Below, piece by piece: positions 37,255 through 47,673 of a stretch of 64,000 nucleotides of DNA. This DNA is from Nanobdellota archaeon (GTDB taxonomy: Archaea > Nanobdellota > Nanobdellia > Woesearchaeales > UBA583). The position numbers and the translations under genes are program-made. The DNA lies in the NCBI GenBank assembly GCA_022565615.1, contig JAIUMM010000004.1, positions 622-64,621 on the forward strand, in the 5' to 3' direction. The number at the start of each line of letters is the position of its first letter. The stretch's first letter is position 1. Below the pieces are notes generated by a model that was given only the letters and a program-made list of their open reading frames with translations, was not told the origin of the DNA and did no database searches.

Positions 37255-38643
37255 ATGTCAGATATTAAAATAGGTTTAGAGATTCATGTTCACTTAAAAA
37301 CTAAAGAAAAATTATTTTGTAGATGTGCAGTTCCTACTTCACAAACTCAAATGAATAGAACGATTTGCCCAATTTGTACAGGTCAACCTGGTTCAAAACC
37401 AATGCTTGTAAATAAAGCAGCTCTTCAAGCGGTAACTCAAATTGCTCTTTTGTTTAATAGTGAAATATCAAAAAAAATGTATTTTCAAAGAAAGCACTAT
37501 ACTTGGCCAGATATGCCAACTGGATATCAAAGAACAATTAGTGGTCCAAATGTTCAATGTAATGGTATGGGAGGAGAATTTTTAGGAATTGGAATTGAAG
37601 AAATTCACTTAGAAGAAGATCCTGCTGCATGGGATCCTCAAACTGGAGAAATTAATTATAACAGATCAGGTATGGCTTTGTGTGAAGTTGTGACTAAACC
37701 TGAATTTACAAGTCTTAAAAAATTAGAAGAATGGCTTAAAGAGTTTATTTTAGCTTTAAAATATTTAAAAATTTTACATGAATTTGGAATTAAAAGTGAT
37801 GTAAATGTATCAATTAAAGAGAGTGGATATAGTAGAGTTGAAATTAAAAATGTATCTTCTCCTACAAATATTGTAAAAGCAGCTCAGGTTGAAATTGAGC
37901 GTCAAAGAGAAACAGTAAAAAAAGGAGATAAAATTAAACAAGAAACTAGAAGATATAATGATGAACTTGAAACAACAGAATTTATGCGTTCAAAAGAAAA
38001 TGCACAAGATTATAGATTCACACCTGAACCTGATTTGCCAATTATTGAAATTGATAATGAATTTATTGAAGAATTGAAAAAAAATCTTCCTGAACTTGCA
38101 TACCAAAAACGAGAAAAATATGCAAAATATAAATTTGATGAAGAAACAATTGAAGTATTAGTCTCAAATGTGTATTTAACTGAAATTTTTGAATTTGCTC
38201 TTGAAAAAGAATTAAATCCTAAAGAAGTTGGATTATTTTTAAAAAGAGAAATTTTAAGAATTTTAAATTATCACACCCATGACTTTGAAGAATTAGAAAA
38301 AAGAAATATTAAAGAGGAGTTAATTACACTTATCACACTTCTTGCAAAAGAAACTATTTCCTATACAACTGCTCAAAAAATTCTTGAAATATTGTATGAT
38401 AAAAAAATTAATGTAGAAGAGTATATTGAAAAAAATAATCTAAAACAAGTTCAAGATACTTCAATTATTGTAGAGTTAGTTCAAAAAGCTCTTAAGAGTG
38501 CTCCAAAAGCAGTTGAAGATTACAAAGAAGGAAATACTAAATCCCTTAATTTTATTGTAGGACTTGTTATGAGAGAGACAAAAGGAACTGCTAATCCACA
38601 AATAGTGAATAAAATTTTACTTGAAGAAGTTCAAAAATTATAA
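37255..38643 (+). CDS. gatB: Asp/Glu-tRNA(Asn/Gln) amidotransferase subunit B
   Basis: IGLEIHVHLKTKEKLFCRC, CPICTGQPGSKP, FQRKHYTWPDMPTGYQ, IHLEEDPA, and C-terminal YqeY-like tail NFIVGLVMRETKGTANPQIVNKIL. Confidence 0.9.
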   Translation: MSDIKIGLEIHVHLKTKEKLFCRCAVPTSQTQMNRTICPICTGQPGSKPMLVNKAALQAVTQIALLFNSEISKKMYFQRKHYTWPDMPTGYQRTISGPNVQCNGMGGEFLGIGIEEIHLEEDPAAWDPQTGEINYNRSGMALCEVVTKPEFTSLKKLEEWLKEFILALKYLKILHEFGIKSDVNVSIKESGYSRVEIKNVSSPTNIVKAAQVEIERQRETVKKGDKIKQETRRYNDELETTEFMRSKENAQDYRFTPEPDLPIIEIDNEFIEELKKNLPELAYQKREKYAKYKFDEETIEVLVSNVYLTEIFEFALEKELNPKEVGLFLKREILRILNYHTHDFEELEKRNIKEELITLITLLAKETISYTTAQKILEILYDKKINVEEYIEKNNLKQVQDTSIIVELVQKALKSAPKAVEDYKEGNTKSLNFIVGLVMRETKGTANPQIVNKILLEEVQKL

Positions 38644-38667
38644 CTTATAATTTAATATGCTATAATT

Positions 38668-39093
38668 TTATCTAATAAAAATTTTAAAGTTGTAACAAAC
38701 CAAAGGATTAAATGGAGAAGGATAAGTTGAATCATTAGTTGCTATCGCTTCTTCTTTGTAGAGTTGAAAATAAGTTATTTCGCCTGTTCTTCTTAATAAA
38801 ACTCCAAACCCTTCATTAGAATTAATATTATAAATAGTGAAGCCTGAGTTATAATGTGAAAATAATGGGCTATTTTCTAAACCTTCTTCAATTCTCACTA
38901 AATCATTTGAAATTGCAAAATTTCTAGAATCTTTAAGAAGAGAAGTATAATTTGAATAACAGAGAGAAAAATTATTTCCTAATAACACCTCTAAAGAAAA
39001 TAAACTTCTATCTATATGAAGAGATGCATAAGTTGGAGCTGAAATTACTAAATTTGTAGCTATTAAAGCACCCATTATAGTTTTTTTTACCAT
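38668..39093 (-). CDS. Small secreted hypothetical protein
   Basis: Sec-type signal MVKKTIMGALIATNLVISAPTYAS. The C-terminal half is weakly similar to the neighbouring 125-aa ORF. Confidence 0.45.
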   Translation of the reverse strand: MVKKTIMGALIATNLVISAPTYASLHIDRSLFSLEVLLGNNFSLCYSNYTSLLKDSRNFAISNDLVRIEEGLENSPLFSHYNSGFTIYNINSNEGFGVLLRRTGEITYFQLYKEEAIATNDSTYPSPFNPLVCYNFKIFIR

Positions 39094-39137
39094 ATCTTTA
39101 TTATAAGTTTTATAATTTAATAAATATTTGCTAAAGA

Positions 39138-39515
39138 TTAATTATGAAATCTTCCTGAACTAAATACTTCTTCTAAAACTGGACAAATTTCTGGAACTAA
39201 TAATGTAGGACTCTCACTTGAAAAAGAATTGTCTCTTCCATAAACTATATACATTTGAGTTGAATGCTCAATGATCCCAATACCTAAATTATCTGGATTA
39301 TACGCTATAAAATAATTCTCATTATTAATTAACTCTGCATCTTCAACTTCATATTTAAATTGATTCAAAAGTGAATCATATGTATAACCACAATACGAAA
39401 TTTCAGTTTCTAATGAACCCAAATTAGTTGGCATTAATATTATTGGAAATATAGTAGATCTCAAAATTCCTTTTAAACTTCTTTCTTTAAGGCTTTTAAC
39501 ACATTTACTCTTCAT
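39138..39515 (-). CDS. Small hypothetical protein, weak paralogue of 38668-39093
   Basis: Shared pattern F-x-I/A-YN-x-x-N-x-G-x-G...Y-x-x-Y...LV-x-x-x-C between the two ORFs (by eye). Confidence 0.4.
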   Translation of the reverse strand: MKSKCVKSLKERSLKGILRSTIFPIILMPTNLGSLETEISYCGYTYDSLLNQFKYEVEDAELINNENYFIAYNPDNLGIGIIEHSTQMYIVYGRDNSFSSESPTLLVPEICPVLEEVFSSGRFHN

Positions 39516-39668
39516 AAAATTTTTAGGTTATTTATATTTATTAACCTTTTGGAAACAATTTTGTATATAAATTATTAAAATACATATTTAATTTATTAAT
39601 GTTTATTAATTGTTTTAACTAATTAATATTACATATTTTTATAAAATAAAGTTTTCACTAAAAAAAGT

Positions 39669-40490
39669 ATGGATACAAAAAATCAGAGTAAATTTAATTT
39701 GAATAAATTTAATTTAATTATAATATTGATGATTGCACAATTTACTTTTTCATTTTCAAGCACTCTTGAAGATTCCTTTTATATAACTAGTATCTCAAAA
39801 GATTCTGATTTTGTGCCTCAAAGAATTGGGCTCGTGGTTGAAAATAGTGACTTAATTCTAGAAAATGATAAATTAAAAATATCATTTATATTTGAAAACC
39901 AGAAAGTTTTAGAACATTGTAATCATAATCTTAATTTTTTAGAAGAATCTTCTTCTCATAGAATTGTTTACTGTCCAATTCCTACTCAAGATATTTCTGG
40001 AATATATGAAGTTCAAATTTTTTTAATTAGAAATGGAGAAGAAATTCTAATAGGTAATGATTCTTTTTATTATAATTCACCAAAACAAAATATTGTTCAT
40101 GATTTTAAAAATACTCCTCAAGGAACATTAGTTACAATTAAAATTACTGATGAAAATATAGAATTTCCATTTAGGTTATTTCACGAAATACCTAAAGAAG
40201 TAATTGATAGAATTACAAAAGACACAATAAATACTCTAATCTCATCTGAACAAGAATTTAAAATTGAAAGAGAAAATCCAATTATTTCTTGGGAAGTTAC
40301 TTCAAGAGAACAACAAATTGATTATGTTATATTAGATAAAGAAGTTAGTGATGATGTTAAAAATGATTTCAAATCATATCCTTATCAAGAAAACACTTTA
40401 AATTTTATTGTTGTATTTAGTATTTTAATTTTATTATTAATTATATTTGTACCATTAGTATTACGTTCGCAGAAGTCAAAAAATAATTAA
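39669..40490 (+). CDS. Signal-peptide protein with C-terminal TM anchor (273 aa)
   Basis: N-terminal FNLIIILMIAQFTFSFSS, C-terminal LNFIVVFSILILLLIIFVPLVL followed by RSQKSKNN. Lies 11 nt upstream of the next gene. Confidence 0.5.
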   Translation: MDTKNQSKFNLNKFNLIIILMIAQFTFSFSSTLEDSFYITSISKDSDFVPQRIGLVVENSDLILENDKLKISFIFENQKVLEHCNHNLNFLEESSSHRIVYCPIPTQDISGIYEVQIFLIRNGEEILIGNDSFYYNSPKQNIVHDFKNTPQGTLVTIKITDENIEFPFRLFHEIPKEVIDRITKDTINTLISSEQEFKIERENPIISWEVTSREQQIDYVILDKEVSDDVKNDFKSYPYQENTLNFIVVFSILILLLIIFVPLVLRSQKSKNN

Positions 40491-40501
40491 TTTTTTGCAA
40501 A

Positions 40502-42871
40502 ATGAATCTAAAATTTAATCAAAGTTGGAATAAAAAGTCTCAATTAACTATTTTTGTAATAATTGGGATAATTGTTATTGTTACAGTATTATTTATATCA
40601 ATTACTTCTTCAAGTCAGAGTAAAGTAGATATTGAATCTCAAACGACTCAGAGTTTAACACAAGAGTTTAACATTTATAATTTATATGAAGCAAGTGAGA
40701 GTTGTTTACTTTTAGCAACTAGGAAAGCTATATTACTTGCATCAGTAAGAGGAGGTTTAATTTATCCTCATGAACGCTCAATTGAGTTTCAAACTAGTTT
40801 AAATTCATTAGAATTTACTCAAATATATTTAACTAACTTAGAATTAGATTTAAATTCAATTCAAAGATTTATGCAACCAGGACTTACAACTGAGTTGTAT
40901 CTTGCAAGTTTAACTACTCAAGATGTTAAAAAAGATTTGTCCCACTATATCACTAGAGATTTTGTGAGATGCCAACTTAATTCATTTAATTCAACAGAGT
41001 TTAGTGATTTATCATACTCAATTTTAAATACTCAATCTAGAATACAAATTGGAGATAATTATTCTTATGAATTAAAACAAATGAAAGATATAAACTCTTC
41101 TAAAATATTATTATATAAAAATGATGGCTCAATTATTGAAGGAAAATTAGATAATGATAATAATAAAGTTGTAACAGATACATTTTTTGATAGTAATGAA
41201 ATTGTTGTTGCTGTACTAGATGAAGCATTTAAAATTGTAGTTGAGGCAGAGAATTTTAGAGTTGTTTCAAGAATTGAAACTATAGATTCATTTTCAAGTT
41301 CATCAACTGCAGTTGATAGAGGAGAGATTAAAGTACAGATTCAAACTCCTCTATTTTCACTTATTAATGATTTAAAAATCATATTTCAAACTAAAGTTAT
41401 GGATAGAAGTTTTAGTTTTACAAACCAAACTCAATTAGAACAATTAAGTTTAGAACAACCAATAATTAATAATTTTGAAATAAGAGTTAGTAATTTAGTT
41501 TCAAATGAAAATGAAATTTTTCAAGAAATAGTTTTAACATCTTTAGAAAATAGAAATTTTGATTTTGATTCAATTGTTTCATTATATAGAAATACTGCTC
41601 CTATAATTATTAATAATACTCCATTTGTAGTTCTAGATTCAACAAATCCTAATTTTTTATTAAATGAAGATTATATTGAGGGTATTGAACATAATGAATT
41701 TGAAGATAATTTTTTATTAAGAGGAAGAGAATTTGAATTTTTTGAAGATGACATAATTAGATTGCTTCCTAATGGAACATTTGAACTTAAAACTTCAACA
41801 GGATTTTATACATATACTTTTTATGCCACAGATGGTGAATTATTTACTCCATTTGAAGTTACTTTCAATTTAGCAGGTGCTACAAATGAAAATAATAGAG
41901 ATGTAAATAATTGTTTTGATATATATTATAACTTAGGAACTTTAGACTTAGGTTATGATACACTTAATACCATAATTGATAATCAAACTAGAAAAATTAA
42001 TTTATTAAGTAGAAATAATGATGGAATATTGAACTGGGTTGGAATAGTTGCAGCAGGTCAAAGTAATAATGTTCAAGTTTCAGTTGTTCCTAAATCATCT
42101 TGTTTTACATCTCCTCCTGCAACACAAACTTTTACATTAGGAAATGGTCAATTTAGAGATGTTTCAATTACTGCTGATGATATTGATGTTCCTTTTGAAT
42201 TTAGAATTGGTGCTACTGACTGTTTAGGACCTACTCCTTTAATGAGTGGAGATGGATTTACTGGAAGTTGTTGTAATATGGATAGAATTTTTGATTTAAT
42301 AGTAGGAGGATTTTATGATCAACTTCGAACTGAGGATTTTATCTATGAAAGTGGAACTGTTGCACTTATTGACGAAGAAGATATGTATATGTGTGTTGAA
42401 AATCCTCAAGCATCTCTAAATTCACACTGGGGAGATTTAAATTTCTTAAAAACTCAAAATCTTACAACTAAACTTCGAGTTGTATGTCAAGGAAATTCTC
42501 CAATTTTAGAAGAAAATTTACTTATAACTACAGGATCTAATAATTTAGGAACATTTACTCCTCTTGATTATCCTTCAAATACTGCTGAGATTAATTTTGA
42601 AACTACAGGTGATTTTTATAATGTATGTCAAGAATGTAGAATTCTTCCTGAAAATGAATCTTATGTATTAGAAGATATTTTTGGAAGTAAAATTTCAATT
42701 GGCTTTGAAGCTCAAACTCAAAATTCTGATGATGGAATTTATTTAAATGAAGATAGGACTATAGATAGAGTAGTAGAAGATGTATGTTATGAAGATTTTC
42801 AACAAAGACAATGTCAAAATGGAATACCTAGTTGGGTTACTATCTCTTCAAGTGAAGTTGATTGCTCCTAA
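40502..42871 (+). CDS. Large class III signal-peptide surface protein (789 aa), Cys-rich C-terminus
   Basis: MNLKFNQSWNKKSQLTIFVIIGIIVIVTVLFISI (K-S/Q junction plus hydrophobic helix). N-terminal roughly 170 aa are paralogous to 58233-60383. More than 12 Cys in the last roughly 280 aa. Confidence 0.65.
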   Translation: MNLKFNQSWNKKSQLTIFVIIGIIVIVTVLFISITSSSQSKVDIESQTTQSLTQEFNIYNLYEASESCLLLATRKAILLASVRGGLIYPHERSIEFQTSLNSLEFTQIYLTNLELDLNSIQRFMQPGLTTELYLASLTTQDVKKDLSHYITRDFVRCQLNSFNSTEFSDLSYSILNTQSRIQIGDNYSYELKQMKDINSSKILLYKNDGSIIEGKLDNDNNKVVTDTFFDSNEIVVAVLDEAFKIVVEAENFRVVSRIETIDSFSSSSTAVDRGEIKVQIQTPLFSLINDLKIIFQTKVMDRSFSFTNQTQLEQLSLEQPIINNFEIRVSNLVSNENEIFQEIVLTSLENRNFDFDSIVSLYRNTAPIIINNTPFVVLDSTNPNFLLNEDYIEGIEHNEFEDNFLLRGREFEFFEDDIIRLLPNGTFELKTSTGFYTYTFYATDGELFTPFEVTFNLAGATNENNRDVNNCFDIYYNLGTLDLGYDTLNTIIDNQTRKINLLSRNNDGILNWVGIVAAGQSNNVQVSVVPKSSCFTSPPATQTFTLGNGQFRDVSITADDIDVPFEFRIGATDCLGPTPLMSGDGFTGSCCNMDRIFDLIVGGFYDQLRTEDFIYESGTVALIDEEDMYMCVENPQASLNSHWGDLNFLKTQNLTTKLRVVCQGNSPILEENLLITTGSNNLGTFTPLDYPSNTAEINFETTGDFYNVCQECRILPENESYVLEDIFGSKISIGFEAQTQNSDDGIYLNEDRTIDRVVEDVCYEDFQQRQCQNGIPSWVTISSSEVDCS

Positions 42872-42873
42872 AT

Positions 42874-44814
42874 TTATAATCCTGAATTAATTATTGATTG
42901 TAATAATTCTTTAATATGTTTATTTTTATCTTTAAAGAATGTTTCATCATTATAAATTCTCTTTAAAATTAATTCTGGAGTTGATTTTCCAAGTTCATTA
43001 AAAATAGGCTGATGATTTGTAATTAAATTTCCTCTCTCATCAAGTCCTGTTGCACTAATACCATCAATTCTAATTCCTGTTATATTATTTGTTTCAATAA
43101 ATTGTTTAATATCTTTTCCTAAGTGAGATACTCCAATACAATAAATATCAAAATGATTTGAATTTGATATTTGAGATAAAAAATAAGTTAAAATTGAAGC
43201 AGCAGCACCAGGTTCAGTAATCGCTTCAAATTCATCAATCAATAGTAATTTACTTGTAGGAGTAGATAAGATAGTGAGTAATTCTCTAATTGTTTGTTCA
43301 AATGCTCCTGAACCTTGAGTTCCAGTAAATTTTTTCAAATAAATTATTTCTTCAATAATTGGTAATTGAGAATTTTTACAATTTATAGGAAATCCACTTT
43401 GAAATAAATATTGAGTTGATAATATTAATTCTAATAATGTAGTTTTACCTCCTGAATTTGCACCTGTTAAAACTGATACTTTTTCATTTTGTAATTCGAT
43501 TTGTTTATAACTTTTATCTTCAATTTGCATGTGTACTGATGTTGCATTAAGAGCATATGAAATTGGTGTACTATTTTTAATAAATATATTAGTTGCATCT
43601 TCAAGTAAAAGAGTTTTTGAAATACTTGGATATGATGAAAAATTAGATATAATTTGATACATTGAATTAAACAAATCATAACATAATAATAATTCAACTG
43701 CTTCTTTTAATTGTAGAGTTGTAGGAGTTGAAAATTTCATATAATACTCGATGTATTGACTGTTTTCTTTTTCTTCTATTTCTTTTTGAATATCATACAT
43801 TGTCTCTTCGTTGAGTTTTAGAGGGTATGTTTTACTCTCAAATAATATTTTTTTAGAAAATCCTAACTCTTTAAACTCAGTGTGAAGTAAATCTTCAAAC
43901 TCATTAATTTCATGTAATATTGCTCCTTGTAATTTTTTTTGTAAATTTTCAACATTATTAGATTCTAAGAGTTCAATTAAATCATCTCCTTGAAGTTGCA
44001 TTTGAACATTTTTAATTGTTTGCTGAAGTTCTTTATTTTTCAATTCAACTTTTTTAGGTAATTGTTGAACATATGAAATTATTTTTGAACTTTGTTCTTT
44101 AACATTATAATTAATACATTTTTCAATTGTTTGAAAATCCCAAGTTGTTGTATGCTCAATATTAAAAAGTTTTAATAGAGAAGATATAAAAGAAGTATTC
44201 ATCAAATTATTAGATTCAAGACTTTTCAAATTCTCATGAATTAATGTAATTTTCTCTAGTTGAGTTGAATTTTGAAACCCTTGTAGAAGTTCACTTAATT
44301 CTTTTGAGCGTAATTGTTCAATTTCTCCTAAGTATCTCTCATCTGAAATAATAAATGTGTTTGATGAAAAGCTTCCTTCTTCTTCAATTTTTCTAATTTC
44401 TTTTTCATCTACTAAAAATATTGAAATATACTCAGAAAATAATGTATGAATTTCAACATCAGTTGTATAACATTCAAATGGATATCTTAGAGTTTTCTCA
44501 AATGTATGAATGTTTGTAATAGTTGTGAGTTGAGGAGGAGATGAATTCTCAAGTAAATTAGCAAAAATATAAACTGACTCTTGAAATAGTTGTTGTCTTT
44601 TTAAAATTTCATCTTTATTTGTAGTTGGATAAAATGAAGAATAATAGTATAATTTTTCTCTTTGATTTTGAATATTTTTTAATAAAATTTGATCAACTTT
44701 TGTACTCACTTTTAAAGCATGAGGATTTAATTGTAACATCTCTTCTTGAAATTCTTTTTTTAAAGAGTTTAGAGTTGCTTCTTGTTCAAATAAAAATTCT
44801 TTTGAAGTATTCAT
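42874..44814 (-). CDS. MutS-family ATPase (MutS2-like, no mismatch-binding or Smr domain evident)
   Basis: Walker A VLTGANSGGKTTLLELI, Walker B LLLIDEFEAITEPGAAASI, VSHLG. Long helical N-terminal region. Confidence 0.7.
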   Translation of the reverse strand: MNTSKEFLFEQEATLNSLKKEFQEEMLQLNPHALKVSTKVDQILLKNIQNQREKLYYYSSFYPTTNKDEILKRQQLFQESVYIFANLLENSSPPQLTTITNIHTFEKTLRYPFECYTTDVEIHTLFSEYISIFLVDEKEIRKIEEEGSFSSNTFIISDERYLGEIEQLRSKELSELLQGFQNSTQLEKITLIHENLKSLESNNLMNTSFISSLLKLFNIEHTTTWDFQTIEKCINYNVKEQSSKIISYVQQLPKKVELKNKELQQTIKNVQMQLQGDDLIELLESNNVENLQKKLQGAILHEINEFEDLLHTEFKELGFSKKILFESKTYPLKLNEETMYDIQKEIEEKENSQYIEYYMKFSTPTTLQLKEAVELLLCYDLFNSMYQIISNFSSYPSISKTLLLEDATNIFIKNSTPISYALNATSVHMQIEDKSYKQIELQNEKVSVLTGANSGGKTTLLELILSTQYLFQSGFPINCKNSQLPIIEEIIYLKKFTGTQGSGAFEQTIRELLTILSTPTSKLLLIDEFEAITEPGAAASILTYFLSQISNSNHFDIYCIGVSHLGKDIKQFIETNNITGIRIDGISATGLDERGNLITNHQPIFNELGKSTPELILKRIYNDETFFKDKNKHIKELLQSIINSGL

Positions 44815-44936
44815 ATCTTAATTTAACAAATTTGAGTTTATAAGATTGTGGTTTACCAAGAGTTGAAAATAATATTTATTAGATATATTAATATAAAAAT
44901 ACTAAGATTTATAAAAATTTAATATACTATTTAGTT

Positions 44937-45845
44937 ATGCAAGAAAAACATCTTCACAAAAAATCATTTAAAGAATATATCACAATGTCTCATTTTTCTT
45001 TTTTATTAAAACAAATGCATAAATACCCTTTTTCATATCTATTATATGCAATTCCTTCAATTCTTGTAATTTTACTTATTACTGAGTTATTATCATTTTA
45101 TTCATTTATTCAATATGGGTTTACACAAGTTCAAAATGAAGCTGAATTAGTAAACACAGTTTCAACATTTTTTTCAATGATAGGATTATATTTAATATCA
45201 TATTACATCCTAGATACATTTGTTGCAATATTTTCATATACACAATATAGACTTGGAAAACCAATTATTCAAACATTTAAAGAAGCTTTTAAAAGATATC
45301 CTAAATATTTGCTTCATAGAGTCCTGCAACTCTTAATTATTTTTTCACCTTTAATTGTAGGAGTAATTATTATTGTACTTTTTTCATATATTGCTCAATT
45401 CTTACTTCAAGCACCTCAACCTTCAACATTTGCAGTATTGTTTATTGTATTTTGTATGTTAATCATTTTAGGTGTGAGTTTTGCAATTAGTCTATTTTTA
45501 TCATTTAGATATACATATTTAGCAGTATCAACACAATTTAGTTCTTCTAATAAACTATTTTTAGTAAAAGAATTTAATACTAAGACAAAAGGTAAATTTA
45601 GAACATTATTTTTTAGAGTTCTAGTTTTATTTGGAATTATTTTATCATTCCAACTCCTTCAAAGTGTATATGATGTATTAGTTTCATTTATCCCAATTAG
45701 TACGTTAGTATTACTTTTTCAAATTATTGGTGTATTAATTTCAATGTTTATTTTTTATTTTATTAATACATATTTATTTTTTACATTTAAAGAAGAATTT
45801 GAATCTAAAGGAAATAATGCCTCAAGCATAAAGAATAAAAAGTAA
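44937..45845 (+). CDS. Polytopic membrane protein, unknown function
   Basis: ORF track; about 6 hydrophobic helices. Confidence 0.5.
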   Translation: MQEKHLHKKSFKEYITMSHFSFLLKQMHKYPFSYLLYAIPSILVILLITELLSFYSFIQYGFTQVQNEAELVNTVSTFFSMIGLYLISYYILDTFVAIFSYTQYRLGKPIIQTFKEAFKRYPKYLLHRVLQLLIIFSPLIVGVIIIVLFSYIAQFLLQAPQPSTFAVLFIVFCMLIILGVSFAISLFLSFRYTYLAVSTQFSSSNKLFLVKEFNTKTKGKFRTLFFRVLVLFGIILSFQLLQSVYDVLVSFIPISTLVLLFQIIGVLISMFIFYFINTYLFFTFKEEFESKGNNASSIKNKK

Positions 45846-45881
45846 AATTTTAAATGAAGTTAAATATAATAATTCTTATTT

Positions 45882-46631
45882 TTATTTCCAATGAGGTTTT
45901 CTTCCTAAGTAATAATACGCTTTTTCAAGTTTAATTCTATCATAATCTGGAATATATGCATAATTAGAAAATTGAGGATATTTTAATTTTATATGTTCAA
46001 TTATTCTTCTAGCATCATTTTCATTTAGTATTTGAAATAATTCCTCATCTCCTCTTCTACTATTTAAATTACTACTTGAATTATCATTATTTTTTTCAAT
46101 TTTGATTTTATTCTTATTTGAATTATCATTTAAAGTATTACCATCAGGATTATTATTTTCATTATAATTTTCATTATTATTCACATTCTCAAAGTTAAGG
46201 ATTTGTTGTTTGGTTTGAACTAATATTTCTTCTCTAGCTTTATTATTTGAACTCCCTTTATTACTTATAACCTCTTTAGATTCTAATTCTTCATATTGTT
46301 TTAATACTAAATCAATATCTTTAATTCCTCTTAAAATGTGTCTAATATCTTCTTTAATTGCTTGTGTGCATGCTCCAAAATTCTCTTTAAAAGTTTCAAA
46401 TACCCTACATGTGAAAGAAAAGTTTTTTGAATTAATTCTCCAACTAATTGTTGCAGAAATTGAATTTCTAGAACTAATTGATATATGTTTTTGTGTAACG
46501 CCAATTTTTAAAAGAGCTGAGTATAATTGTTGTTCATATTCTTCTATTGATAATTTTCCTTCAAAAGGAGTAGGTTTTATATAAATACTTTTCCCATTAA
46601 TTAAAAGTTCTTTTTTAGTATTCATTTTCAA
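45882..46631 (-). CDS. Hypothetical protein with central N-rich low-complexity linker
   Basis: ORF track. Two folded-looking ends joined by NNNENYNENNNPDGNTLNDNSNKN. Confidence 0.45.
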   Translation of the reverse strand: MKMNTKKELLINGKSIYIKPTPFEGKLSIEEYEQQLYSALLKIGVTQKHISISSRNSISATISWRINSKNFSFTCRVFETFKENFGACTQAIKEDIRHILRGIKDIDLVLKQYEELESKEVISNKGSSNNKAREEILVQTKQQILNFENVNNNENYNENNNPDGNTLNDNSNKNKIKIEKNNDNSSSNLNSRRGDEELFQILNENDARRIIEHIKLKYPQFSNYAYIPDYDRIKLEKAYYYLGRKPHWK

Positions 46632-46791
46632 TGTTTGATTTTAATATTTAATTTTAATGTTTATTTCAATATCTATTTTTAATACGATTGTGTTTAAGAT
46701 TATTATTTATATGAACAAATAGATACTAATTTTACTTATATGTTAATCATATTTAGGTTATATTTAAATATGTTTATTCATTATCATAAAT

Positions 46792-47526
46792 ATGGTTACT
46801 AAAAGAGCATTATCTAGATTTGAAAGACATTTTGGTTCAGTTTTAGGAGTTGAGAATATTTCTACTACTCTTAGAGATAAAGAGACTAATTTTAGATTTG
46901 AAAAATATTCGAAATTATCACACACAGAGTTTGCAACTCAAATAGTCGTTAATAAATCAGGTGACTATTTTTTAGATGTTCAAAGTGATGCAGGAATTAT
47001 AAGTAAAGTTGTTGTTGAAGAAGGAGTTAATATGAAATTTGATTTTTTTGCTCATTCTAATTCAGTTGTATTACTTCAATTTGTTATCAAAAAAGGTGCT
47101 AGTTGTCTTATTAATGGAGCTTATAACTCAAATATTGATAAAAACTGGATTTATGTAGAATTATTACATGAAGGAGAAGAGAGTAAAAGTGATTTAAAAG
47201 TAATCGGATATGTTTCGAATTCAGCTGAATGTGTTAATGATGGACTTGTACAAATTGGAAGAGGAGCATTTAATTCAAAAGGATATCAAACAATGAGTAA
47301 TTATGTATTAAGTAACTCTGCAAAAGTGTTTTCTGAGCCACAACTTGAAATATTTAATCCAAATGTTGAGTGTTCTCATGGATGTACTATTTCTCCAATT
47401 TCAAAAGAAACTATTCATTATTTACAAACAAGAGGACTTAATGAACAAAGAGGTGTTGAATTATTACAAAAATCTCTTTATTCAAGTTTTCTAGAAAAAG
47501 CTCAATTAGAAGTTGAAGAAGAATAA
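46792..47526 (+). CDS. Short SufB/SufD-family Fe-S assembly protein
   Basis: FSEPQLEIFNPNVECSHGCTISPISKETIHYLQTRGLNEQRGVELL matches the SufBD C-terminal signature (P.LEI..ddVkCsHGaT.g......fYL.sRG). Confidence 0.62.
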   Translation: MVTKRALSRFERHFGSVLGVENISTTLRDKETNFRFEKYSKLSHTEFATQIVVNKSGDYFLDVQSDAGIISKVVVEEGVNMKFDFFAHSNSVVLLQFVIKKGASCLINGAYNSNIDKNWIYVELLHEGEESKSDLKVIGYVSNSAECVNDGLVQIGRGAFNSKGYQTMSNYVLSNSAKVFSEPQLEIFNPNVECSHGCTISPISKETIHYLQTRGLNEQRGVELLQKSLYSSFLEKAQLEVEEE

Positions 47527-47673
47527 TTTATAATTATTTATTTATTTATTTAAAGTTATCTAAATTTCTTTGTTTAACTTTTTTTATTATAAATTTTAAT
47601 ATACTACCTAAATTTATTAAAATTTATTGCATTTGTTATTATTTTCAAACTAAATCTTTAATAATTATATTTA

